NCBI RefSeq assembly: GCF_018977255.1
Contig: NW_024704742.1
Coordinates: 127,906,001-127,970,000, forward strand
From: Callorhinchus milii
Lineage: Eukaryota
DNA length: 64,000 bases
Direction: 5' to 3'
Each line of letters begins with the position of its first letter. The stretch's first letter is position 1. The position numbers were made by a program, and so were the translations under genes. The notes beneath the pieces are model-generated. The model saw nothing but the letters and a program-made list of their open reading frames with translations, was not told where the DNA came from and did no database searches. This document shows, piece after piece, positions 40,083 to 53,250 of this stretch.

Positions 40083-40351
40083 GATAATAATAATAATCTT
40101 TGCATTTGATATAGCACTTTTCACGTCTTCTAGACGTCCCAAAGCGCTTCACAGAATATACTGTAAAGTGAATTGACTGTATATTTGTGGGCGAACGCGG
40201 CAGCCAATTGCGCACAGCAGTGTCCCACAAAAACAGTCGTAGATTGAAAATGACCAATTTATTATTGTTTTTTGTTTTGGAGGGATTATTATTAGGCCTG
40301 TGGAGTAAGGAAACTTGCCCAAGGTTTCGCCCTCTGCCTGGAATTGAACTC
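40083..40351 (-). mobile_element. tRNA-derived SINE, subfamily A body, 5'-truncated at the B box
   Basis: Matches 37285-37624 apart from the 3' loop sequence. Confidence 0.93.
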
Positions 40352-41091
40352 CTTAATAAAATGATCAATACTTTGCCTCTATTTCTGCAGCAGATATTGC
40401 TGGAATCAAATCAAAATATTGTAATGATATCTATCGTTAAGCATGCACAACAAAAAACAGATTTGTGGTTCTTTCAATGGATTTCTATTTGCTTATACTG
40501 CTGCTTCAATAAACATGCATTTGCCAATTGCAAAACTGAAATATATTTTCGAGAGTACTAATGTGGAAGCAATATAATCGCTGGCAGCAACACAATTCCA
40601 AGGTAAGGGGCCAGCTGTGGATTTCAGCTGATGGGTGGAGACCTGTTTATTTCCTCGTACCTCAGAGTCTGTTGTGTGATAAGATCTGAGTAGAAATGAA
40701 CATGCAGAGTTCAATGGCCCTAAACATGAAAATGTTTTCCTATAACACGTAAACAGAACAAGGATAACTGAGTACAAATCTAATACACACCCTTAAACGT
40801 GAAATAATGTCTTGCACACAACAGTCTCTGTTAAAACACCAAGATTGTGGTATGTGCAAGGAGCTGCAATCAAAGCAAGTACAGTATATGGGCTCCTTCT
40901 CTCTGATTCACCACTTCATCAAGCAAATTACAAAGATGAACCTACCAAAACAGTGGAAACTCACTTTTAAGGGAGGTCAGTAAGATCGCCTAATTGCCTT
41001 AGTTAGTGAAACGCCTTGAGATATCCTACTGATATGAAAGGTGCTATATAAATGTAAATTGTTGCCATTACTGCCCTCATTAATGAATTTA

Positions 41092-41490
41092 TGGCTCAGT
41101 CGGTAGCAGTCTTGCCAATAAGTCAGAAGATTGTGGGTTCAAGCACCCAGTTGTGTTTTTGAGCTTACAGTCCAGGCTGATGCTTCATTACACTGTTGAG
41201 GGTGCATGTCATTGTAAGAGAGGCCAATGTTCGGATCAGACGTTAAGCTGTGCTTTTTCAGATGGATGTTAAAAATTTCATGGCACTACTTGAAAAGAGA
41301 AGGTAGTTTTTTCTGGTGTCCAGGTCAACAGACCCCCATATAAAATTGGTCATTTGCTCGTGGCTATTTGTGGGACATTGCTATGTGAAAATTGGATGCC
41401 GCATTACTATACACTTTACAGTGAATTCCACGAGGCATTTGGAAACAATTGACAATATCATACAGAGCTACATCAAATGTAAGGGTTAAT
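41092..41490 (+). mobile_element. Deu-domain SINE (DeuSINE/SacSINE1-like), full length, old
   Basis: tRNA head ggctcagtcggtagca..gtgggttcaag, a Deu-like core (ttcggatcagacgttaagc..gatggatgttaaaaatttcatggcactacttgaaaagag..ctggtgtcc), and a 3' tail shared with the young SINEs. Confidence 0.8.
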
Positions 41491-42929
41491 ATTTAGGATT
41501 TTGGTTATCAGCCATTTCAAATGGAAGACGCAGATTGCAAAATGCTGCAATTACTGAGATGCCCACATAAGTGTACAGATATAGATTTCCAAAAGCTGCA
41601 AGACAGCAGACAAGCGATGTACATAAAGGGCAATTTCTGGACTGATACCAAGAAGTACTTCTTAACACAGAGGGTAAACTTCAGCTGGAATAGATTATAC
41701 TAGGAGGAATGGTTGAAACCATGACACGGGACTCGTTTAAGAAACAGCTAGTTGTCTTATTGGGGAAAGTAGCAAGGTGGGTATTCTGGAAGCGTGAGAT
41801 CAATGGGCCAAAGGGCTCTCTTCGACTGAATCTCTCTTGTGATGTATTGTATATGTTATAGTGACCTGCACCTGTGCAATTCAAAGTCCTGCTTCACTTG
41901 GAGTCTTGAGTCACTTGAACAGAGTTTGGCACGTGATGTACTTGTGAACCCATGACTCACCTTACAAGTTAGCCAAGGATTTGCAGCAAATCCTATCTAC
42001 TGTTTGAGGCCCTGTGAGGCTCAATGAGAAAGATACACCTTTTGAATCCTGGAAGTAAGGTCTTTTCTGTCAAGAAAAGAGAAGAAGCGAGAGGCAGCGA
42101 TCCAGTGATTTACAGCAAATTATGTTTTCCCTGCTATCTGCAAACAATGGGAAATCATCGATGCATATAAAAGGTACACTGCCCTGGGTCATGCTCCAAA
42201 CTACTAAACAATAACCGCTCCCAATCTTTTAAAAATGAAAGCGTGATCCAAGTAGCGAGTTATAAATCAGAATGGTTAGTCGGAGAAATAACAAACAGGA
42301 CTGGAGTTTTATATGTCTGGCTAATTGGATCGAACCCATTTCGTCCATCAGTGTGTATACACTGCTTGACTCATCTGTTCCAATTCCTTCACTCCAAATG
42401 TACTGTGCTAATAAACCTCACAATTCACTGCACGAAGACTTGTGACCCAAACTCTCACCCAGACCAAGCCGGTAAATTCATTTTTATCTTAAAATATATG
42501 ACGGCACAATTTTGATGGTGCCTATAAAATGTACAGTCACTACACTTTACAGTAAATCCTTATGAAGCATTTTGAGGCGTCCTCCTGATGTGAAAGGAGC
42601 TCTATCAAATGCAAGGATTTAAAATTTTCATAAATTACAACTGTGAAAAATTCATAACTTCGATCTCGATTTGCAAGCCGGCGTTCTGCAGATCTTGAAA
42701 AGTGACCAGCTTCTAAATTAAGACGAATTTAAGATTTTCCACATTTAAATTTTAAGACAAAAATGGTCTGACAGGCTAAGAATAGGTGGAATATTGGGTC
42801 TTTGAAGGTGGTAAGGGGATGGTGGCTTCTCAGTCTCTCCCTACCATCACCATCCAGCAGTCAAGACCAACCCCTCCCATCATCATTCCACTAAAATCCA
42901 CTGCAATTGAACAGCTAGTGTCAGGAGCA

Positions 42930-43155
42930 GATCATAGAATCACAGAATCGTACAGCGCAGAAGGAGACCATTCAGTCCATCCTGCCTTTGCTGGCTCTTT
43001 GAAAGAGCTACTCACGAGTCCCACTCTCCCGCTCTTACCCCAAAGCCGTGCAATTTTTTTCCTTTTCAAGTATCTATACAATTCCCTTTTGAAACCTACT
43101 ATTGAATCTGCTTCTACCACCCTTTCAGGCATTGCATTTAAGGTTGTAACAATCT
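42930..43155 (-). mobile_element. CR1 LINE 3' end
   Basis: Minus ORF reads LNAMPERVVEADSIVGFKRELYRYL. The tail catagaatcacagaat is the CR1 ATTCTRTG repeat. Confidence 0.9.
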
Positions 43156-43654
43156 TACATAAGTCATCAACTCTGGTTGAAAACCAGAAACAAAACAACG
43201 TGTCAACAGGGCAGTGCACTTATCTCATCTTTCTCATGTGCCCTTCTGAGTTTTATCAATAAACTAATCATTCAGCTGAACACCCCCTCAAACAAGATTG
43301 TTATACTTGCTCCACCAGTGTAAAGTCATTCAAAGTCTGGTCAAGCATCAGATACAATAATAAATCTTCTGCTTTTACACAAATGATAATCGACAGCTGG
43401 AAAGGGTTTCTAGGAAATGTGGTCAAGGCCAGGACATTGAATTCATTTAAGAAACAGGGAACATGTTAAGGTACAACATAATTCAGCCCAACCCGATTGT
43501 GATCTACATTTAATATGGTGAAATTGTGCAACTGGAGGCAGAGAAAACTGCTGACTGGTAACATACAATATATGGTCACACATCATTTTGGTGATGGCAT
43601 CCTCATGGGTTTGGGGACACTATCATCAATAACAATAAGAAAGAAAGAAAATCA

Positions 43655-44088
43655 TAATCAGTACATTTGATACAGCTTTTTTCACGTTGGGAGTGAAAGA
43701 TGCTTCTCAAAGTGCTTCACAGGATATACTGGAAAGTGGAGTGACTTTATTTTGTGGGGGAACGTGGTAGCCAATTTGCATAAAGCAATAACTCATAAAG
43801 AAATGAGTGACCAATTTTATTTGGGGTATTGTTGGCCAGGAGAACAGAAGAAACTCCCTTCTCTTTTCAAAGAGTGCCTGCCATGGGATCTTTGATGTGC
43901 ACCTGAACATACAGACAGGACCTCGGTTTAACATCTCATCCGAAGGGCAGACTTCCAACAATGCAACAGACTTCCAGCACTGCACTGGAGTATCAGCAGA
44001 TACTATAGGAATTCCAAGGCCCAACGTGAGTCTAGAACCCACAACCTTTTGACTCAAAAGCGAGAGTGCTATCAAGTGAAGCAGGCTG
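43655..44088 (-). mobile_element. Deu-domain SINE, full length
   Basis: The reverse complement contains ttcggatgagatgttaaaccgaggtcctgtctg..caaagatcccatggca, the Deu-domain signature, plus a tRNA head at 44030-44088. Confidence 0.85.
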
Positions 44089-47000
44089 ACACAATCTGCA
44101 CTTCTCTCACCAGAATCGCTCACTTAGCTCTTAATGACATTCATAGAAGATCTGATGGCTCCACCAGAGTCCATCCTTACTAACTCTCCACCATTCTTTC
44201 CAGCAGTGTGGCTGAGTTACACTATTTCAGTAACTATGACATAGACTTTTCTGAACAGTGACTTAAACCATAATTTTCTGCGGGCCAATGAGCCACCAGC
44301 ATAAACTTTTGAACCCACTGCCAACTTGACACGATCATAACTAGAAAAAATTGTGATTCAAAGGAAGGCGTGATTTTGTCAGTTTCATTTCTTCAACAGG
44401 AAGATAAATGCAACCAATATTTGGACACAATTATCTGTGAGAGAGTAGGCAAAGTGTTCTTCTCAGTCTCTTGCAGCAGGTGAATGCTCGCATATAATAT
44501 CATGTAAAAGATTAGGCCCTTTGACTATTGTGGAGGACCACAATAACTTTAATTTGATTTTTTAAGATGCAAAGTACAAAATTGTGGCTTCAAGAGATTT
44601 GGTCCGTTTCTGAGCAGAAAGCAATTACTTCGGCTACGATTTGAAATGCCCTTGAATAATGCAGCTTTCAATCACTCTGGTTAATGTTATTTTTACATTT
44701 TACACCATTCATGTGCACAACTAAATTCAGTCTTAAAACTAAAAATGGAAGGTTACAGCCCAAACTAATCACACTAGTAGTCAATACATCAGTTGCCTCA
44801 AAAAAAGTAATCAATGGATTACTAAGTACCGCAGCAGACACTGCATTTAAAGGCACACAAGCAAAATACAACTTCTGTCCCATTTACCCAAAAAGCACAC
44901 AACCGAGGTCATGCAATGTCACACCTGCCTCTTTCACCAGCAACTCTGGAATTAAAAATAATCACCCACTGAAAAAATAGCTACATCTTTTAAACACACA
45001 AAAGAGATCTCCCCACCATCTGCCTCATTCCCTTTGAATGTGTTAAAAAAAAAGACTCGCCAAAATCTGATGAGCCAGACATTACGTGTCACTGTGAATT
45101 ATATATCAGGCTACGTCAGTAGTTGGCAATAACAGACAGTATGTAAATTTCCCAAGCTACAAAGATTTGCCTCTGTTTGAGTCTGTACAAACAAGACGAC
45201 ATTTCAATGTTCCCATATGGCTTGGTTTCTTTTACAATGGGCTCTAACAAGATTTGCCATTACTAATCAATTCTTAAAATAGTTCCCACCAGTCTCAGAT
45301 TGGACAGGGTTTCCCTTTGAAACCCAGTTGCTTTGAAGACTTTATTTAGTCTAAGCTTGCCAATATCTATTGACCTTGTAGGGGAGAAACGTGGAAATTT
45401 TTCCTGAAGAGAATTCAGTGGAAGCTAAACAAACAAAAAAAAATGTTGCCTTTTAATTGGTTGTATGTGGCTGAAGAAGGGAAAAACCGTCTCCAGGCTG
45501 AATGTTCAGGATAGGCAGCATGGAGGGAGATCAAACAAAAGGTTACCTGTCTCTGGTACAAATACATCAGGTCTATATTAACTCAACTTCAAATTCCTAA
45601 CACAAAGAAACACACTCGAGATTGCCCGAATAGACGTCCCCTGCATTTTGACTGTTGAATGCAGTGTGGCCTGTTGTGAACTGCTCTTTTTGTCTTTCCA
45701 TTGGTCATTATTCTGGCTTTGTCTGAGCAGGTGGGACAAGTTAAGACGAGTGATTCCTTTCTATTATGTGGCTTGAGTTAAATAAATTTAGTTCAGTTAC
45801 AAATCACACAAAACGCCATTCCGAGATACAATATTCCCCTCGAGGTCCCTTTACAGAGAGAATACATTCAGATTCCTTGCTTCTTAATTTAAAATAAAAG
45901 CAAAAAAAGTGCCTACATAATACACTTTTCAGCAAATCCTCTGAAGTGCTTTGAGACGTCCTCCTGATGTAGAAGGCGTTATACCAAAGCAGGGATTTTT
46001 ATTGTTAGGAACAAAAAGATGTCATCTTGCAAGTTCTAAATATGACGAAATCTAGCAACCTAGGCTTGCACCCTGGGCTGATTTTATGTTGCCTCTGCAC
46101 ATCCTTACACTCACACATTAATGTGATGGAGTGGAAGAACCAGGCTGTTTAACCTGCTTTCAAGTGTGTGTGTGTGTGCGGTGGGAGGTAAGGGATGCGA
46201 GAGTTGGTGGCAGAAGGAAATGAAGATCTGTTAAAAGGTAAATCCTGAATTCCACTCAGTCACACAAAAGTAATTTCATCCTCAGCCTGGTCAAGTCATA
46301 TGCTCGTCACAAAGTCAATCACACTGGCGTTGGACAGCCAACTCCCATCCTGGTTTAACTAACCAATGACACCACCATCAACAAGAACAACAACTTAGCA
46401 ATGTTCAGCACATTTCACATTGGAAAATGTCTCAAAGCTCTTCACAGAGACAGAGTGGAGACCTGAGCAGAGTGGGAGATAATAGGAATTGGAGGGAGGT
46501 GACCTAAGTCAAACGAAGTAGGTATTTTGAAGGGTTTTGAAAGCAGTGACACCAATACTGTACCTGCATCATTGTGCAATAGGAACATTCGGGGCTGGCG
46601 ATTAAGTGCATCATTGCTTTAAACCGATTGCTTTTAAAATTCAAAACAACTTTTATATCAACTATCCACAGTTTAAGACCCGTACATATTTGCAACAAAA
46701 TAAACCTACTTTTAATCCTACTGTTGAGTGTTTCCACCTGCCAGTTTGTACCAGAACAACTTAGAAATGATCATCATTCAAGCTGTAGATCAGTTAAAAT
46801 GAACCTGAAGCAATTTCTGTAGACTGACAGAGTGATGACACACCCATTATGTAAGGCATGACCAGTTTATTCTAAGCAGCAAGTTATCAAATATTGATAA
46901 AGGATTAAGACGCTCCTGAGGCCTCGGGTTCCGCAAAGATCATCAACAGAAGAAACAACTGTAGCAATAAATTGTGGGCAGACCCACAATTCTGTCAACT

Positions 47001-47374
47001 TCTCAATTCAGACCAGACATGTCAGTCACACTTCAACATGCCAGGAAGTGAGTGAGGGCTTAAACGGTTAATCACAATTTTTCTTCACGCCACAACCATC
47101 ATCGCTTTAAGCCATTCTGCATACAGTGAGCATGCAATCACAACCCTCCATTGTTCCGACGAACTGAAAACGGTTTCACTGCTGATCAAACGCAAAACCA
47201 ACACTCTTTTCAAAACAGAGCACTTTCGTTAATTCACAACCAGCCAACTGCGAGCTCTGTATATTTGGGATTTCTCTTTTTTTTTGCTTAAAACAGGAGG
47301 TCTCCAGTAACTAGAAATCTGACAGTGATATACAAGTGGTGCGGAAGGGACTGAAAAGGAATTCTGGATGTGTG

Positions 47375-47908
47375 AAATTCCGTCTTTCAGATGAGAAGTT
47401 AAACTGAGATCCCATATCCCTGTTTATGGCAAGCTACCCCAACGCACACTCTGGGGTCCCCAAGCCTTGACTCTTGCCATGCTGCGCCTATTACTTTCTG
47501 GAGTTAGGTAAGCAGGATGCGTAGCTCCAGGGAGAGAGTGAGCATTCCATTCCAGCAATCTATCTTTGTGATTCCCATGTGTCGGTGGGATGCATGGAAT
47601 TCCCAACTTGGTTTGGATCCTCTTAGGAATGGTGACTGGTTTCCACATGTGTCAGACACCCGCCAGACCAGAACAAAAAGCTAATGTTAAAGAATCCAAG
47701 GCACTATTCGCTAAGAGAATAGTTACAGAGTTTCTCCTGGTGTCCGGCCCAACAATCCCCCAGGTTAAAATTGGTCATTCACTTTATCGCTGTTTGTGGA
47801 TCATTGTTATGCGCCTACAAAATAGTCACTATACTTTACAATAAATCCTGTAAAGCACTTTGAGACGCCTTTCCAACATGAAAGGCACTGTGGGGATTAT
47901 TATTATTT
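47375..47908 (+). mobile_element. Deu-domain SINE interrupted by the unnamed poly(A) element (47424-47680)
   Basis: ccgtctttcagatgagaagttaaactgagatccc | insert | atgttaaagaatccaaggcactattcg...tail. Confidence 0.8.
47424..47680 (+). mobile_element. Unnamed poly(A)-tailed retroposon
   Basis: cacactctggggtccccaagccttg..taggtaagcaggatgc..catgtgtcagacaccc + A-rich tail. Confidence 0.85.
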
Positions 47909-48894
47909 ATTTTCATGTTTGCTGTGTGCGGCCTTCCTGCAATTGAGGAATTTGAGAAAAGTAAAGAGAGCATCCACTTCCTGTCACCATCTAATCAACT
48001 ATCTCTCAGTTGAGTTAAACTCACAGCCTTTGTAATGAAAAACCAAGAGTAATTCCTGGCTAAATCTGATTAAAATTGACGTGTGTAAAGCAGGCTGTCA
48101 GAGAACGATTCCTTGCCGTGCCTTTTTCATACCAGATGCTATTCTGTGGCGGGTGTGATGAAGGTTACGTCTCTGCATCATTAGCAAGCTCCTAAGGTTT
48201 TGGAGACTGGAAGTCTGGCACGCGGGTTTCAAGTGAGCAAAACCACCCCTCTACAGCTGCTTAAACAGCTGCTGCCCCTGACACCTTAGCAGTGCTGGCA
48301 GTCCTCAAAAAATAAAGCAACTCTTCCCCTGAGGGAATGGGTAAACATGATGAAACCAATATTTTTCAATATGATTTGAGCAATAGCTAATTAATTATAT
48401 GCAAAACCACTTCAATGCTCGTTTTATTGAGCTTAGGCAGGGTTGAAACCAGAAATGTGCAATGCCAAGACTTATAGGGCATCCTTTGTGAAATACATGG
48501 GTGATAGTCTCGATCCTTCGTGCCTTCGTACCCACTGTTAAGACAATCCTGTAATTCTCCGCAGGGCTATCACAGCACATCACAAGTGTGATTTATCCCA
48601 ACACCTAAAAGGCTGCTACGCCAATTATGTGCCACTCTTTCAAGTTAAAGTCAATTCGTTCGTCTATTAATAAAATAAACTGAGACAGCTGGCTGCTGAC
48701 CGGTGTCTCCATAGCATGTAACCACCTTTGACTGCATCTGAGGCCCATGTACAGGTTATCATTGATACGAACCTAACCAATGATCTAAATGCTTACTAGG
48801 CTTGCTGTCCTGGATTAGTCAGGTCCTTGGGAATAGTTGAAACTTTGTGTGAAGCACAATCACTGAACTGAAGTGATTTTCAATGGAAAAATTT

Positions 48895-49130
48895 AGCGTC
48901 CGTCTGATTTAGTTGGTGGCACTCTCACCTCTGGGTCAGAAGGTTGTGGGCTCAAGCCCCACATAGGGACACAAGAGCTAGGCTGACACTCCAATACAAT
49001 GCTGGGATAGCACAGAATTGTTGGACGTGCCGTGCTTCAGATGCCACATAAGCCCGAGGACCCGTCTGCGTGATCAGTTGGACGTTTAAAGATCTCATGT
49101 TACTACTTGAAAAGAGGAGGGAGTTCAGAG
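48895..49130 (+). mobile_element. Deu-domain SINE 5' half
   Basis: agttggtggcactctcacctctgggtcagaaggttgtgggctcaagcccc..ccgaggacccgtctg..aaagatctcatg. Confidence 0.8.
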
Positions 49131-50011
49131 TCCAGAGAAGCTCCAAACAGCTATAATTTATCTTGATGAAGAGCATTGAAAGTAGAATGTAACAGAAATG
49201 TGCACAAGGAAATGGTTCTAAAAGAAACAATATAATTCGGAGAACTTCAGAGGACAGAATCACTGGACAGATAAACAGCAGACGGTATTTAAAACTAAGG
49301 AGTGCAATGCAATACACACCAGTGCTGGAAATAGCAAACGTAATTAAAATGCAGGGCATATTATTGAAGATCTGGCCTGATAGCTGACGTAACATCCAAA
49401 GTATCATGACAACATATGGCAACAGTTGCAAGCTAAATCAGCCACAAATTAAACTTCTTCCCATTTAGCAGTTTCAAACATTATAAAATCTCACTTTACA
49501 TAACCAACAGTGAATTAAAGAAATATTTGATTCTCTGGCAGGAAGCAGAGGGGCTGAAATAGAAATTGTCACTCTGGTGTTACGAGAGGGGACTTAAATA
49601 GGGGGTCTAAATACAAGGAAACTCCGCTATAATGCCATTCAATTTAGTGCTGCCTCACTTACAGCCCGAATCTTCTGAGGACCTGCACTAACTGGAAGTG
49701 CAGTGTAACCAGCTTCTGGTACCCCCTGTTAACAAATAGCTGACGTTAGTGTGATTGGGTGCCCGCCGAAGTCCTCCTGGTGTGAAAGGCGCTCTATAAA
49801 TGTAATTTTGTTGTTGTTGTTGCGCACATACATACTCTGTAGGCAGCTTCACTGATATCACTTCCTGGCTGCCATTCATGTGTGCAGGAAGCACCACGAA
49901 TCACTTGACAAAGGAAGTAACATCAGCGGTGCTTCTTGTGCACAGTGAGCAGGAAGTGATGTTGGTGCGATTTGATGACCTGGAAGTCCGCCATTTATTA
50001 TCACTTTGCTT

Positions 50012-50333
50012 ATAATAATAATAATAATAATCCTTGCATTTGATATAGCGCTTTTCACGTCGGGAGGACGTCCCAAAGTGCTTCACAGAACACACTGTAA
50101 AGTGAATTGACTGTATATTTGTGGGCGAACGCGGCAGCCAATTGCGCACAGCAATGTCCCACAAACAGTCGTAGATTGAAAATGACCAACTTATTATTGT
50201 TTTTGGGTTTGGAGCGATTATTATTAGTCGTGTGGAGTAAGGAAACTTGCCCAAGGTTTCACCCTGCCGGGAATTAGACTCAGGTCTCTCACTTGCAAAG
50301 CTAGTGCTCTAACCACTGAGCTACAGGACTCCA
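50012..50333 (-). mobile_element. tRNA-derived SINE, short young subfamily (A)
   Basis: Near-identical to the other A copies. Confidence 0.95.
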
Positions 50334-50814
50334 CATAACACTGTCCCTGAGCTATCAGATTCAACTGACTCTACTGTAATGAAGTTCCCATATAATACAG
50401 TCTGTTGCGCTGTTTTCATCTTTTTTGATGTGTAGATCATGGCAGATCTTTTAATGTTTTCCATGTCCCTTTTACATATCCACACCCTTCTAAGACAGTG
50501 CATTTTACTTTCTCACAAAGCTTTGTGTGACTAAATGTCTTCTGATCTCACTTCTAACTAACCTAGTTACAGTTGTAGGACTACTCTAATAATGTGCTGC
50601 ATCAAAACATCTTGATACGTGAAGGTAATATTCATAACTCATTAAAAGAGAGCAAATGTGTATTACTGACCTCCATTAGAAAGAGGATATTGAATTTGTG
50701 TGTAATTAACAATACAAATCATCTGATATCGTCTTACATCCAACATCACAAGCCAGCAGATATCCAAAACCAGTGCTCCTGAAACTGATTTTCCAACTTC
50801 CCCCATACCGGACA

Positions 50815-51108
50815 GTATTGCTGGAGTGTAAACAACTAAAAGCTATGTAGTTTTAGCTGGTTAGACCAGCAGTGCCCCAACACACACTCTGGGGTCCCCA
50901 AGCCTTGGCACTTTCCAACCTGCACCTCTTACTTTCCGCAATTACGTAATCAGGAAGCGTCCCTCCAAGGAGAGAGTGCGCATTTCATTCCAACAACCTA
51001 TTCTCTGGAATTTCCATGTGTAGGTGGGAAATTCTCAGCTTGGTTTGGATACGCTTAAGCACAGTGATGGGTTTCGGCATGTGTCATACACCCGACTCAC
51101 CAAAAAAA
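50815..51108 (+). mobile_element. Unnamed poly(A)-tailed retroposon
   Basis: Same family; ends cacccgactcaccaaaaaaa. Confidence 0.85.
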
Positions 51109-53054
51109 GTGACAAAGAGAATTAAAAAAGCGGAAAGGGAGAGAAAGTCTTTGCACACAGAGGTGTAAAGAGGTGATTGGAATGTGGCATTCTCCACCGC
51201 AAGCCAATGTTCAAACAGAAATCCACGAATCCTTTTAAAGGGGAATTAGTGTGGAGCAAGCAGCAGAAAGGATTTAGAGTTGGTGGCTCATTTGAGGAAA
51301 AACACCAGCGCAGACCTGATGGGCCAAATGACCCGTTTTCGGTGCCATCACATTCTATAATTCTGTGGTCGGAGTGCGACAAGTTGCGTTCAGGCATCGT
51401 CTGAAATCAAACCGAATTAAACAGTTGTTGTGGGTTCAGAGGAACCCGAAACTGGATTCCCACTGGGAATTCACCTGCAACCATGCTGCAACATCTTACA
51501 TGACATAAATAAAGGCTCCCACTTGCCTCAGAAACCACGACAACACTTTAAGTCAACAGAGGGTTTATGTTATAACTCATGCTGCACTCCCACACGCCTT
51601 TTATAACAAACATCATATTGTTGGCACTAGGATTTTGCTTCAATGACCCAGGGAAATATTTGCTCAATCACACTGTAGGAATTTATTTTTATTCCCCAGT
51701 AGGACTTCGGTGCATCTTAATGGTCTAAAAAGCCACACACTCCACTCTGCCCTCTTGGAAGTGTCAAAAATACCCAACAGTGCAATTATAGATTTTGTGC
51801 TTCCAACCTATGTCTGGAGGCAGCACTTTGAGCTTTCTAACACCGGGGCGAAACAGTGGTGGTTAGAGGAGTGTGAGAAACTTACAAATAATGATTTAGA
51901 AGTGTAACATAAGAAGTACATTGGCACAACATTAAAGAGTGTTGTCTGGGTGTGACTTTTTTAAAAGAATAATCCATGTGGTTGCATCAGTAAGCCATTT
52001 AACACCACGATGAAGTTGTCCACTTATTTAATAACAGATTTTACATTTCTTACTCTTACCAATGTGTTTCCTGTTCAGATATCATTTTCTATTATAACTG
52101 CTGAATTTTTGCATCAGATTGTTCTTTTATTTAAAAAAAACTCATACACACACACACACAATAGTCTTGCCACATGACTGCTTTTGTTTTGAAAGATATC
52201 ACATGTTGTTTTACCAGGATGTTCTCGATCCTTGTGTATATTATGAAACAACGTGCTGATACCTTGAAAGAATCCTGAAATTTGTGCCTAGTACATTGTA
52301 AAGCAATTCTTCCGCTGTGTTGTAGTAAGGACGCACCGCTGACGTTCAGGATGATAAACACTTAACTTTGCTCATAAAGAGAACTTTTATATGGATTCGG
52401 AAACATGCCAGCACTGTGATGAATTAGGTACCGTAGTTAGATTCAGCACTAAACCTGTAACATATACCAAGGAACACTTGCCTGCTTCGTGTACGCCGCA
52501 CTATAAGCCCACCTACCAGCGGTGGACGGATTTTCAGCCATTCATCCTCCAACACCCTCCCTCCACTCCTTCAAGGCCCATCTCAAAACGTACAGCTTTG
52601 ACCATGCTTTCAGTAATCTTTCCCCACCGGAACCCCAATTGGGGTGCCTAGCCAGCCCTGTAAAGCACTCTTGAGATATCCACTCAACCTGAAAGGCATT
52701 ATATAAATTGTACTATGTTATATTCAGAGGGGTTGGGTCTGCATTGACTGGTATTCAAACATGACCATAATATTGCTGGAAGCCAGATGTCTCGACCTTT
52801 ATCATATTTTACTTGAAGCAAAATCCCACTTTATGTAATTCATTGCAGTTAGAATACCTCATTTCAATCAGATGTAAAACAGCAGAGACTCAAAATCCAC
52901 CTAGTCTTAGACTGCAAGACCATATTGGTTTAATATTTAAGATTATGCAGAATGGCGGAAAATTCTTACATTCACTATTAATTTAGAAGCCGATCCATTT
53001 CAGCAATAGCGGAATATCATCTTACACTGGTTGAAACTCCCTTCATTTTTTATA

Positions 53055-53250
53055 ACCGTGCCATTAGATCGTTAATATCCACCCGAACAGGCAGATGGAT
53101 CTCAGGTTAACGGCTCATGCAAAGGGCAGCACATCCCCAGTGCTGCAGTGGAATGTCAGACTATATGAGTTGAAACTCCAATGTGGGGCTTGAACCCACA
53201 ACCTTCTTGACTCACTGAAAGAGCAAGATCTAATGAGCCAGCTGACACCA
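53055..53250 (-). mobile_element. Deu-domain SINE 5' half
   Basis: gtgccattagatcgttaatatccacc..ggggcttgaacccacaaccttc. Confidence 0.75.
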
